In this document: piece after piece, positions 49,818 through 58,996 of the stretch
Layout: each line of letters begins with the position of its first letter
Position numbering within the stretch: the stretch's first letter is position 1
NCBI GenBank assembly: GCA_013151235.1
Contig: JAADIO010000032.1
Span: forward strand, 2,166 to 66,165
Direction: 5' to 3'
DNA from: Deltaproteobacteria bacterium
GTDB lineage: Bacteria; CG2-30-53-67
DNA: 64,000 nt
Position numbers and translations under genes: made by a program
Notes under the pieces: generated by a model
Seen by the model: only the letters and a program-made list of their open reading frames with translations
Database searches by the model: none
Told to the model about the DNA's origin: nothing

Positions 49818-50513
49818 ATGGCAACTGAAGAGAGAACCCGGGAAATCCTGGAGAAAATGGAGAAAGCCGTGATTGAGTATGACGAAGATGCGGCCAAGGA
49901 GGGTGCCCAGGCGGCCCTCGATGAAGGGGTCAATCCCAATGATGCCATCTTCGACGGTCTGGTCAGCGGGATGCAGGAAGTCGGCAAGCTCTTTGAGGCC
50001 GAAGAGTATTTCGTCCCGGAGCTGCTCATGTGCGCCGATGCCCTTTATGCCGGTCTCGATATCTTAAAACCCCATGTGAAACAGCTCGACCTGGGGGTGA
50101 AAGGCTCGGTGGTGATCGGTACCGTGGAGGGAGATGTTCACGATATCGGGAAGAACATCGTGAAGATGATGTTCGATGTCGCCGGGTTTGAGGTCCATGA
50201 CCTGGGACGGGATGTGCCGCTGGATCAGTTTGTTGAGGAACAGATCAAAACCGATTCCGAACTGGTCTGCCTCTCCGCCATGATGACGACGACCATGATG
50301 GGGATGCAGAAGGTCATCGAGGACCTGAAGAAGAAGAATCCCGATATCAAGATCATGATCGGCGGTGCTCCCGTTTCCGGTGATATCGCCGAGAAATGGG
50401 GAGCGGACGGCTATGCCGATGACGCGACCAATGCCCTCGCAGATGCCATCAACATGGTCAGCTCTCTGAAAAAGATGAAGGAAGAAGCGGAAGCCAGGGA
50501 AAAACGGAAGTGA
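49818..50513 (+). CDS. corrinoid (B12-binding) protein, MtaC/MtbC-like
   Basis: N-terminal cap helix domain plus a Rossmann B12 domain. 'GDVHDIGKNIV' is the DxHxxG motif, and 'SAMMTTT' and 'MIGGAP' motifs are present. Confidence 0.85.
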   Translation: MATEERTREILEKMEKAVIEYDEDAAKEGAQAALDEGVNPNDAIFDGLVSGMQEVGKLFEAEEYFVPELLMCADALYAGLDILKPHVKQLDLGVKGSVVIGTVEGDVHDIGKNIVKMMFDVAGFEVHDLGRDVPLDQFVEEQIKTDSELVCLSAMMTTTMMGMQKVIEDLKKKNPDIKIMIGGAPVSGDIAEKWGADGYADDATNALADAINMVSSLKKMKEEAEAREKRK

Positions 50514-51175
50514 GCAGTGCATTCTTGAAAAAGATGCTCCTCGGTTCCGGGGCGACCGTGGTGGGTGTGGCGGAACTGGATGCGTATCTTGACGGAGAGA
50601 TCCGTCATCTCAACCGAGGGGTTTCCATCGCGGTGGACCGGACGCTTCGGGAAGATACCCTGAAACATCTGGGCCGGCTGCAGAAAAAAGTGGTCCGCTA
50701 TCTGAAAGGGAAGGGATTCCGTACCCTCAGTATCCCCCCTGATTCGGACCGCATCCGGAATAAGTTTGTTGCCGAACTTTATTCCCTTTTGACCCACAAG
50801 ATGGCAGCCACCTGCGCGGGGATCGGCTGGATCGGGCGGAATGGGTTACTGATCAGTCCCCATTTCGGGCCGCGGCTTTCCCTGGCGACGGTCCTGACCG
50901 ATGCGCCCCTGAAGAGCGATATTCCCTATGAACAGAGCCGTTGCGGCAATTGCCGGCTTTGTGTTGACTACTGCCCGTCGAAGGCGATCACGGGCAAAAC
51001 CTGGTCCCGGCGGGACCCTTACAGCGGCCTGGTCAAGCCCCACCGGTGTCGTGTACACAAAGAGGGGGCCCGGGGAGTGACGGATCGGCCCAATTGCGGT
51101 CTCTGCCTGCAGATCTGCCCCTACGGGCGGGCGAAAGGGAGGACCAAACCGAAAGATGTTATGGAGATTGTATAA
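50510..51175 (+). CDS. 4Fe-4S dicluster ferredoxin-domain protein (QueG/RdhA N-region-like)
   Basis: Two Cys clusters, 'CGNCRLCVDYCP' and 'CGLCLQICP'. The N-terminal region resembles DUF1730. Confidence 0.5.
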   Translation: MSSAFLKKMLLGSGATVVGVAELDAYLDGEIRHLNRGVSIAVDRTLREDTLKHLGRLQKKVVRYLKGKGFRTLSIPPDSDRIRNKFVAELYSLLTHKMAATCAGIGWIGRNGLLISPHFGPRLSLATVLTDAPLKSDIPYEQSRCGNCRLCVDYCPSKAITGKTWSRRDPYSGLVKPHRCRVHKEGARGVTDRPNCGLCLQICPYGRAKGRTKPKDVMEIV

Positions 51176-51177
51176 AG

Positions 51178-53154
51178 ATGAGCAGCAAATATAAAGTGAA
51201 TTTTCAGCCCTCGGGAAGTCGGGGGGAAGTGGATGCAGGGAAAACCCTCCTTGATGCGGCCCAGCGTTTAGGGGTTGATCTGGAATCAGTCTGTGGCGGC
51301 AAGGGGACCTGCGGGAAATGCAAGGTCCGTGTTGAGGAAGGATATTTTGAAAAAGATGCCATGGAATCAAGAATGTCCCATCTGTCTCCTCTGACGGACG
51401 TGGAACGCAAATTCATCAAACCGGAAGACGGACCCCGAATGCGTTTGGCCTGTGCCGCCGAGGTGCGGGGGGATGTGAAACTTTTCGTGCCGGAAAAGTC
51501 CCGTGCCGGGAAACAGATCGTTCGCAAGGCCGCAAAAGATATTACGATCGCCCTCGACCCCGCCGTGAAAAAATATTGTATCCGGCTGGATGCCCCGACC
51601 CTGCACGATCTTTCCAAGGGGGATCTTGAACGGATTCTGGGGGCGCTGAAAATGGAGTACAACCTGGAAAACCTTGCCATAGACTATCTGGTCCTCCAGA
51701 AGCTCCAGGATATTCTTCGGGCCGGGAACTGGGAGGTGACGGTTTCGGTCTGGAAAGGCAAAGAGATCATCAAGGTGGAGCCGGATTTTGTGGACGTCTC
51801 CTACGGTCTGGCCGTGGATGTCGGGACGACGACGGTGGCAGCCTATCTGTGTGATCTGAACACGGGCAAGGTGCTTAACACCGAATCGATGATGAATCCC
51901 CAGGTCCCGTACGGCGAAGATGTCATGTCGAGGATTACTTACGCCATGACCCATGACGACGGTCTTGCGATCATGCAGAAGGCAATCATCGAGGGCTTAA
52001 ACGATCTGATTGAGAAGATTACCGCCGACATCCGTTCCAACGGAACGCCCGGCGGTACCTCCATCGTCGATATGACGGTGGTTTTTAATACCGCCATGCA
52101 TCACATCTTCCTGGGATTCAACCCGGTCTACATCGGACGGTCTCCCTTTATTCCTGCCGTGCAGGATTGTGTTGATCTCAAGGCACGGGATCTGGGACTT
52201 CAAATCAATGAAGCTTCCTACATTCATGTCCTTCCCATTGAGGCCGGTTTTGTCGGCGCCGACAATGTGGGGGTTCTCATCGCCGAAGAGCCGTACAATT
52301 CCGAGGACAATGTCCTGATTATCGACATCGGGACGAACGGTGAACTCCTCCTCGGGAACAAGCATGCGGTCTGTTCCACTTCCTGCGCTACGGGACCGGC
52401 CTTTGAAGGGGCCCAGATCAAGTTCGGAATGCGAGCCGCCCCGGGAGCGATTGAAAAGGTCCGGATCGATCCGGAGACGAAAGAGCCACAGTACAAGGTG
52501 ATCGGCAAGGCCGACTGGCATACCCATATCAAGGATGTCAATGCCAAGGGGATCTGCGGTTCCGCCATCATCGACGTGATTGCCGAGATGTTCAAGGCGG
52601 GAGTCATCGACAAGTCCGGGAAATTCGTCAAGGATCTTGACATACCCCGCATCCGGAAGGATGCCGACGGCAAACCGGAGTACGTCCTGGCCTGGGCGGA
52701 TGAAACCTCCATCGGGAGCGACATCACCGTGACGCAGGGGGATGTCCGGGCGTTGCAGCTCGCCAAGGGGGCACTCTACGCCGGGGCGAAACTGATGATG
52801 CAGAAGATGGGGATCGAAAAACTCGACCGGGTGGTTCTGGCGGGGGCCTTCGGGAGTCATATCAATACGGAGGCCTCGATGACCCTCGGGATGTTCCCCG
52901 ATTGTGCCATCGAAAAGGTCTATGCCGTGGGGAATGCCGCCGGCGACGGGGCGATCATGGCCCTGCTGAACCTGGGGAAACGACGTGAGGCCGGCGAAAA
53001 GGCCCGGTGGGTCCGGTTCCTGGAGATTGCCGTGGAGCCGGAATTTGAAAAGGAATTCATGAAGGCGATGCATATTCCGCACATGAAGGATCCTTTTCCC
53101 AATCTCAAGTCGTTGCTGGAGAAGGACCATTTGCCGGTGACGATCAAGGGGTGA
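51178..53154 (+). CDS. RACo-type ATP-dependent reductive activator of corrinoid proteins (N-terminal plant-type 2Fe-2S ferredoxin plus ASKHA ATPase, COG3894-like)
   Basis: N-terminus 'CGGKGTCGKCKV' is a [2Fe-2S] motif, followed by a large ASKHA-like domain ('VDVGTTTVAAYL'). 658 aa. Confidence 0.75.
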   Translation: MSSKYKVNFQPSGSRGEVDAGKTLLDAAQRLGVDLESVCGGKGTCGKCKVRVEEGYFEKDAMESRMSHLSPLTDVERKFIKPEDGPRMRLACAAEVRGDVKLFVPEKSRAGKQIVRKAAKDITIALDPAVKKYCIRLDAPTLHDLSKGDLERILGALKMEYNLENLAIDYLVLQKLQDILRAGNWEVTVSVWKGKEIIKVEPDFVDVSYGLAVDVGTTTVAAYLCDLNTGKVLNTESMMNPQVPYGEDVMSRITYAMTHDDGLAIMQKAIIEGLNDLIEKITADIRSNGTPGGTSIVDMTVVFNTAMHHIFLGFNPVYIGRSPFIPAVQDCVDLKARDLGLQINEASYIHVLPIEAGFVGADNVGVLIAEEPYNSEDNVLIIDIGTNGELLLGNKHAVCSTSCATGPAFEGAQIKFGMRAAPGAIEKVRIDPETKEPQYKVIGKADWHTHIKDVNAKGICGSAIIDVIAEMFKAGVIDKSGKFVKDLDIPRIRKDADGKPEYVLAWADETSIGSDITVTQGDVRALQLAKGALYAGAKLMMQKMGIEKLDRVVLAGAFGSHINTEASMTLGMFPDCAIEKVYAVGNAAGDGAIMALLNLGKRREAGEKARWVRFLEIAVEPEFEKEFMKAMHIPHMKDPFPNLKSLLEKDHLPVTIKG

Positions 53155-53164
53155 GACGTCGAAA

Positions 53165-53482
53165 ATGACCCGTGTGAAAATCGACCCGGGCGTCTGTGGT
53201 TTTCCCGCTCTCGTGACGGTCGAAAAAAAGGACAGGCAGCACTTTCGGGTAACGATCGAGTCCAATTGTGAAATGGTACGGAAATTGGGAGAGGAAATTG
53301 CATCCCTGACGATGCAGGATGCCTTCATCCGGTTTTCCGATAACCGGGTCTATGAGAAGGCCTCAACCTGTCTGAAACACACGGCCTGTCCGGTCCCGTC
53401 GGGCATCCTGAAGGCCCTGGAGGTTGAGGCCGGTCTGGCGGTGCCGCGGAACGTAACGGTGGAATTTCTTGCCGGGGAGTGA
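53165..53482 (+). CDS. small hypothetical Cys-containing protein
   Basis: 105 aa. Translationally coupled, with its stop overlapping the next start. No known motif. Confidence 0.35.
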   Translation: MTRVKIDPGVCGFPALVTVEKKDRQHFRVTIESNCEMVRKLGEEIASLTMQDAFIRFSDNRVYEKASTCLKHTACPVPSGILKALEVEAGLAVPRNVTVEFLAGE

Positions 53483-54744
53483 CAGTGATGAGCGACTATC
53501 TTCTGCATTGCCGGAAATGCGGTGCTCTTTTGCAGCCGCAAGAGTCCGCTTCCGGGGTTCATTGTCCCGATGCCTTGATGAAAAGTGAATTTCCCGACCG
53601 GCGGTTCCGCCTTGAGGGGCGTCGGGGGATCTGGCGCTTCAACTGGCTTCCGGTGCATGCACCCCGTGAAGATACCGCCGCACCGGTGGTTTATCACGCG
53701 GAGGGGCTGGGGCGGCGTCTTGGACTTCGGCATCTCTTTGTCGTATTCAACGGTTTCCGGCCGGAAAAGGGGGCGGAGATCGAGACCTGTACCTTCAAAG
53801 AGTTCGAGGCCGAGGTTGTTCTGCAAAACGCACGGGAACTTGGAAAGGGCGGCCTCGTCGTCGCCTCGGCGGGGAATACCGCCCGCGCCTTTGCCCACCT
53901 TTCGATTCGGACCGATTTCCCCGTGTTCATTGTGGTTCCACGCATGTGTCTTCATGAGATGTGGTTTCTGAAGTCGAAGGAGTCCGTTCCGACGGCTGTC
54001 CTGCAGGACGGTGACTATGCCGACGCCATCGATGTGGCCGAGCGGATCGCCCGGATTTCAGGTATTCCCTTCGAAGGAGGGGTACGCAATTCGGCCAAGC
54101 GGGACGGACTCGGTGTCGTACTGATGGAAGCGGTCTCCTTCCTCGGCCGCCTGCCCGATGCCTATTTTCAGGCAGTCGGGAGCGGCGCCGGGGCGGTGGC
54201 CACCTGGGAGATGGCGGAACGGTTTTTGCGGGACGGCCGTTTCGGGAACCGGCTTCCCCGTCTCCACCTGGCACAGAATCTCCCCTTTGCACCCATGTTT
54301 CATGCCTGGAGACGGGGGGAACGGAATCTGAAACCTGAGGACCTTGATCCGGGCCTGATTGAGAAGATTTCCACCCGGGTTCTGTCCAGTCGTTATCCCG
54401 CCTATTCGATTCTGGGGGGGGTCTACGATGCCTTGACGGCATCCGGGGGGAACATGTACGGGATTACCAACGGAGGGATGGCCGAGGCCCGGACGCTCTT
54501 CGAAGAAACGGAAGGGGTCGATATCGTTCCCGCGTCGGCCATTGCCCTGGCGGCACTGAAAGAGGCCGTAGCGGCGGAAGAGGTCTCTCCCGACGAGCTG
54601 ATCCTGCTCAATATCACCGGGGGTGGGGAAAGGGCCATCCGGCGTGCGGGACGTGCCGTCCCGGTGGCGGGAGACGCAATCTCGAAAAATATTACGGATG
54701 ATGAAATCGAAGAACTTTTATGCACAGTCCTGAAAAAGAGCTGA
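53479..54744 (+). CDS. threonine-synthase-fold PLP enzyme, cysteate-synthase-like, with N-terminal Cys4 zinc-ribbon
   Basis: 'CRKCGALL....CPDAL' forms a zinc ribbon. 'TCTFKEFEA' carries the PLP-lysine motif and 'ASAGNTARAF' the glycine loop of fold-type II enzymes. 421 aa. Confidence 0.6.
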   Translation: MTVMSDYLLHCRKCGALLQPQESASGVHCPDALMKSEFPDRRFRLEGRRGIWRFNWLPVHAPREDTAAPVVYHAEGLGRRLGLRHLFVVFNGFRPEKGAEIETCTFKEFEAEVVLQNARELGKGGLVVASAGNTARAFAHLSIRTDFPVFIVVPRMCLHEMWFLKSKESVPTAVLQDGDYADAIDVAERIARISGIPFEGGVRNSAKRDGLGVVLMEAVSFLGRLPDAYFQAVGSGAGAVATWEMAERFLRDGRFGNRLPRLHLAQNLPFAPMFHAWRRGERNLKPEDLDPGLIEKISTRVLSSRYPAYSILGGVYDALTASGGNMYGITNGGMAEARTLFEETEGVDIVPASAIALAALKEAVAAEEVSPDELILLNITGGGERAIRRAGRAVPVAGDAISKNITDDEIEELLCTVLKKS

Positions 54745-55856
54745 TTTCGATTCTGAAAGGGGCGGGCGTCGATCTTCTAGCGACCCTTCCCTGTGACCGG
54801 GTGCGCAACCTGATCGCCCTTGCGGATGCATCGATTGACCGCATCCCTCTGACCCGGGAAGAAGACGGCGTCGGGATTTGTGCCGGAGCGGCCCTGGGCG
54901 GGCGGCGGCCGGCCATGATTGTTCAAAGCTCCGGGATCGGCAATATGATCAACGCCCTTCTCTCCCTGACCGGATTCTATGAACTTCCCTTGGCACTTTT
55001 CGTCAGTCAGCGGGGAGTCTATAAGGAGGGGATCGACGCCCAGGTTCCGATGGGCAAGGTCCTGCCGGGGCTTTTTGAATCCGTGGGGATCGGTTACACT
55101 CTGATCGACCGGTCCGAAGCGATCCCCGCCATCGGGAAGGAACTGGAGTCTCTCTACCGGGAGAAACGGATCCATGCTTTCCTGCTCAGCCCGGCCCTCT
55201 GGGAAGGCTCCCCCCTGGAGATTTCCCAGAGCCTCAAACGCCGCCATTGTGAAGCGATCGATCCTGAACGGGGTCGGGAGAATCCGGCCCCGGTCCTGAC
55301 CCGCTATGGGGTCCTTTCGACCCTCTGTCCCGAACTGGAAGGGCAGGCGGTGATCTGCAATCTGGGGGTCCCGTCGAAGGAACTTCATGCCCTCCTTCCC
55401 CAACCATCGAATTTCTACATGCTGGGCAGCATGGGATTGGCGACGCCCATCGGTCTCGGTGTGGCCTTCTCAACGGACAAACCGGTTTTCGTCATTGACG
55501 GGGACGGCAGTCTGCTTATGAATCCCGGGACCCTGGCGACGGTCGCCATGGCCCGACCGGGGAACCTGACCATTATTGCTGTTGACAATGCCTCCTACGG
55601 TTCCACGGGGGATCAACCGACCCTGACGGCCGGTTGTGTCGATCTGGAACTGGTGGCCCGTGGATTCGGTATCTGTAACTCTGTGAAGGCTGCGTCCCGG
55701 GAGGAGCTGCGGGAGGCGTTGCAGACCCCCTTCGGCGGTGCCCTCTTTGTCCATGCCCTTGCCCTGCCCGGAAATGCCGCCGTCCCCAATATCCCCCTGG
55801 GTGCCCGGGAGATCAAGGAGGGGTTCCAGGCGTTCCTGGAATCCGGGAGGTTATAG
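54720..55856 (+). CDS. fused sulfopyruvate-decarboxylase-like (ComDE-type) thiamine-diphosphate enzyme
   Basis: About 380 aa. N-terminal PYR-like half and C-terminal PP half with 'VIDGDGSLLMNPGTLATVA' (GDG...N ThDP motif). Size and layout match fused ComDE/Ppd-type decarboxylases. Confidence 0.6.
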   Translation: MHSPEKELISILKGAGVDLLATLPCDRVRNLIALADASIDRIPLTREEDGVGICAGAALGGRRPAMIVQSSGIGNMINALLSLTGFYELPLALFVSQRGVYKEGIDAQVPMGKVLPGLFESVGIGYTLIDRSEAIPAIGKELESLYREKRIHAFLLSPALWEGSPLEISQSLKRRHCEAIDPERGRENPAPVLTRYGVLSTLCPELEGQAVICNLGVPSKELHALLPQPSNFYMLGSMGLATPIGLGVAFSTDKPVFVIDGDGSLLMNPGTLATVAMARPGNLTIIAVDNASYGSTGDQPTLTAGCVDLELVARGFGICNSVKAASREELREALQTPFGGALFVHALALPGNAAVPNIPLGAREIKEGFQAFLESGRL

Positions 55857-55891
55857 GAATGATCGTCTCTTGTGGGAGTGGATGCAAGGGT

Positions 55892-56731
55892 TCAAGGATC
55901 GGGGAGACGGCCACCGTCCGGAGTTGAAAAGTGATCGGGGTTTTTCCGATACTTTTCCGGGATGGTTGCGATCCTCGGTACCGGGCTCAAGGGGTATTGA
56001 TCGACCAGCAGCGTGCAGCCGTAACTCTTCCGTAATTGTTCCGCCGTCAAGACCTCTCCGGGGCGTCCGGTCTTTTCAATTTCCCCCTCCTTCAGAAGAA
56101 GAAGGCGGTCTCCGTAGAGGGCCGCCAGGTTCAGGTCATGGGAAATCATGATCACCGTGATCCGCCGGGTGCGGCGGAGCCGTTCCATCAGATCCATAAT
56201 GCGGGATTGGTGGGAAGGATCGAGGGAGGCCGTCGGTTCATCGAGAAAGATGATCCGGGGTTGCTGGCAGATGGCCCGGGCGATCATGACTCGCTGCCGT
56301 TCTCCGCTGCTTAACTGATCCAGCCGTCTTTCCGCCAGGTGTGTAATGTCGGTAAAGTGCATCGCCTCTTCGGCAATTCGGTAATCCTCACGTTTTTCCA
56401 TGCTCCAAAGCCCGAGATGAGGAGAGCGGCCCATCAGGACCGTTTCCGTAACGGGAAAGGGGAAATCAAGGGGGACCTGCTGTGGGACCACGGCGAGAAG
56501 ACGGGAGAGGGATCGCCGTGAATAATGATGAAGCGCTTTGCCCAGAATGTTAATCTCCCCCCTTTGCGGCTGGATCATGCCGGCGCAGGCCTTGAGTAGT
56601 GTGGTTTTTCCCGCGCCGTTGGGGCCGATGATGATGAAGAATTCCTCCTCCGGGACGTGGAAGGTGAGCCCGTGAAGAATCCCTTTATGTGCATAGTCGA
56701 GATGGAGGTTTTCGACGGAGAGGGCGGTCAT
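55892..56731 (-). CDS. ABC transporter ATP-binding protein (BtuD/FecE family)
   Basis: Walker A 'GPNGAGKTT', signature 'LSGGERQR', Walker B 'IIFLDEPT'. Confidence 0.85.
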   Translation of the reverse strand: MTALSVENLHLDYAHKGILHGLTFHVPEEEFFIIIGPNGAGKTTLLKACAGMIQPQRGEINILGKALHHYSRRSLSRLLAVVPQQVPLDFPFPVTETVLMGRSPHLGLWSMEKREDYRIAEEAMHFTDITHLAERRLDQLSSGERQRVMIARAICQQPRIIFLDEPTASLDPSHQSRIMDLMERLRRTRRITVIMISHDLNLAALYGDRLLLLKEGEIEKTGRPGEVLTAEQLRKSYGCTLLVDQYPLSPVPRIATIPEKYRKNPDHFSTPDGGRLPDP

Positions 56732-57735
56732 TGGTTTGCTCTCCAGAGAAGGTAGACAAAGAGGGGCGCTCCGATCATGGCCGTGATGATTCCCACGGGC
56801 ATTTCCCCTCCGACCGACAGGATGCGTGCCAGGAGGTCGCAGAGAATCAGGTAGGTTGCCCCCCCCAGGATGGAAGCGGGGATCAGCAGGCGATGATCCG
56901 GTCCCAGCACCAGCCGCAGGAGGTGCGGAATCACCAGTCCGACGAATCCCACCAGGCCGGACTGACAGACCACCAGGCTGACCATCAACGACGTCAGGAC
57001 CAGGAGAACCAGGGTGACGGTTTTGACATTTACCCCCATGGAGAGAGCGCTTTCCTTTCCCATTACGAGGAGATTCATCGGACGGGCCAGCAGAAAGATG
57101 ACCAGGAAACAGAGCAGGATCGGAAAGAGGACCGGCAGTTGCCGGGTGCTGACCCGGGAGAGATCTCCCATCAGCCAGAAGAGAATCTGTTGGACCTGTT
57201 CGGATCGGGTAATCGAGATCAGGAAGAGAATGACGGCGGCGCAGAAGGCATTCATCATGACGCCTCCGAGGAGCAGTGCATCCCTGCTCTGCCGGGGCCG
57301 CCCCATGACGAGCAGGAGGATCAGGCCCAGGACCGCCATACTGCCGGTGAAGGCCGCCAGGGGGACTCCCGGAAAAGGGGAAAGCCCGGCCAGCAGCCCG
57401 CCGATCGCCCCGATTGCCGAACCGCCCGAAATGCCGAGGATGTAGGGTTCGGCCAGGGGGTTTCGCAGGAGTGCCTGAAAAACCAGCCCGCCGAGGGAGA
57501 GGGTGGAACCGACGGCGGCTGCCAGGATGACCCGGGGAATCCGGATGCGCCGGATGATGGTGGCGGCGATTGAGTTCTGATCTCCGTAGCCGGCCAGGAT
57601 GGCGAGAGTCCCGGACAGGTCGCTGCCGGAAGAGCCCATGGAGACGCCGAGGAAGGCCGCGATCATCAGCAGTGTGCCGAAGAAGAGTGTGATCGTGATG
57701 AGCTTCCGGGGGAGAGGATGGAACCTAACGTTCAT
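56728..57735 (-). CDS. ABC permease, FecCD/BtuC family
   Basis: About 10 TM helices, with 'TAMIGAPLFVYLL' near the C-terminus. Start trimmed to 'MNVRF' to avoid a large overlap with the upstream gene. Confidence 0.8.
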   Translation of the reverse strand: MNVRFHPLPRKLITITLFFGTLLMIAAFLGVSMGSSGSDLSGTLAILAGYGDQNSIAATIIRRIRIPRVILAAAVGSTLSLGGLVFQALLRNPLAEPYILGISGGSAIGAIGGLLAGLSPFPGVPLAAFTGSMAVLGLILLLVMGRPRQSRDALLLGGVMMNAFCAAVILFLISITRSEQVQQILFWLMGDLSRVSTRQLPVLFPILLCFLVIFLLARPMNLLVMGKESALSMGVNVKTVTLVLLVLTSLMVSLVVCQSGLVGFVGLVIPHLLRLVLGPDHRLLIPASILGGATYLILCDLLARILSVGGEMPVGIITAMIGAPLFVYLLWRANQ

Positions 57736-58690
57736 CGGTGCGCTTCCCTTTTTTCGCAACCTCCGGGTGAATAATCGCCAGCAGGGTCTCCAGTCCGTCG
57801 ACCAGGTGGGGAGTCGGACGATCAAAGAGGTCGGAATCGACAAGATAGATCTTTCCCTTCCGGACGGCCGGGATTTGCGGCCACTTCCGCCAGCTCCCTT
57901 TCAGCCATTGCGGGGTATGACCGCCCGCCATGGAACTGATGATGACAATCTCCGGTTGAAGGGTCAGAACCTTCTCCCAGGTCAACCGGGGATAAGGGGC
58001 CTTCCCTGCGGTCACATTGGTTCCCCCTGCCAGGGTGATCAGTTCGTTGATGGAGGTCCGGCTTCCCACGGAGACCATCGGTTCGGCATCAATCTGAAAA
58101 AAGACACGAGGTCGGGTGTGGGTCCGGGCGACACGGGAGCGGACCCGGTCGATCCGCCGTTCCATATTCCGAACGATTTCCTCCGCACGGGTGGAAGCGT
58201 TCAGAAGATCTCCGATCCCTTTGATAGTCGTCATGATCCCCTGAAGGTTTAATGGATTGACGACATAAACCGGGATTCCGAGGGCCTCAATTCGCGCCAC
58301 GATATATTTGGGATTGCCGTCTTTGATGGCCAGGCAGAGATCGGGGTGGAGAGCAACGATCCGTTCCAGGTCGAGGTGGACATAGGAGCCGACCCGGGGC
58401 AGGGCACGGGCCGCTTCCGGGGTTGTACTGAATCGGGTGACCCCTTTGAGGCGGGGGCCTTTGTTCAGAAGAAAAATGATTTCCGTGAGACTCGGTGCCA
58501 AGGCGATCACCCGCCGGGGGGAGGCCGGCACATCGACCCTGCGGCCCACCGGATCCGTGAGCGTACGGGCTGAGGCAATGGGAAGGAAAAGTTGGAGTGC
58601 GAGGAAGATCACCGGCAGGAGTATGCCGGGGGAAACTCTCCGAAAAGAGCCCTGTCGTCGATGGAGAATGTGCAGGAACGCAGGTATCAT
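57725..58690 (-). CDS. periplasmic corrinoid/siderophore-binding protein (BtuF/class III SBP)
   Basis: Signal peptide, then 'RVIALAPSLTEIIFLL', typical of the BtuF/FhuD fold. Confidence 0.75.
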   Translation of the reverse strand: MIPAFLHILHRRQGSFRRVSPGILLPVIFLALQLFLPIASARTLTDPVGRRVDVPASPRRVIALAPSLTEIIFLLNKGPRLKGVTRFSTTPEAARALPRVGSYVHLDLERIVALHPDLCLAIKDGNPKYIVARIEALGIPVYVVNPLNLQGIMTTIKGIGDLLNASTRAEEIVRNMERRIDRVRSRVARTHTRPRVFFQIDAEPMVSVGSRTSINELITLAGGTNVTAGKAPYPRLTWEKVLTLQPEIVIISSMAGGHTPQWLKGSWRKWPQIPAVRKGKIYLVDSDLFDRPTPHLVDGLETLLAIIHPEVAKKGKRTDER

Positions 58691-58699
58691 GCCGGTCTC

Positions 58700-58990
58700 T
58701 TCGCAATCCCAACGCCCGGGCCTGAAGAAAAAAAAACCCAGACCAATAAATATTGATCCGGGGATGTCCCTTTTTATCCACAGAACCGGTCGGTGAATCT
58801 CTGACCTCGAAGATTCGGCCGCTCATTTCCAGGCAGGTCTTCTGACTCTCGGTTCGTCCTACTTACCGTGTCTTCCCATCGTATTTCCCGACAGTGACAT
58901 CTTTCGGTTTTCGTCCCCGATCACAGCGGCGGGCCCGTCCCCGTTTTTACGGGATTCCCTTCTCAGCTCCTCATGGAAGCACCTGAAAAT
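58700..58990 (-). ncRNA. cobalamin (AdoCbl) riboswitch with expression platform, upstream of btuF-like gene
   Basis: The minus strand reads '..AGGGAATCCCGT..ACGGGGAC..GTCACTGTCGGGAA..GATGGGAAGAC..GAGAGTCAGAAGACCTGCCTGG'. It contains the B12 box (rAGYCMGgAgaCCkGCc) and the CACTG/GGGAAG elements of the E. coli btuB leader. It is followed by a U9 tract. Confidence 0.7.
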
Positions 58991-58996
58991 ATCCGA

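Noticed and set aside
51997-53328. 443-aa minus-strand ORF
   Set aside because: It is antisense to the RACo gene, with no motifs and Gly/Arg/Pro-rich composition.
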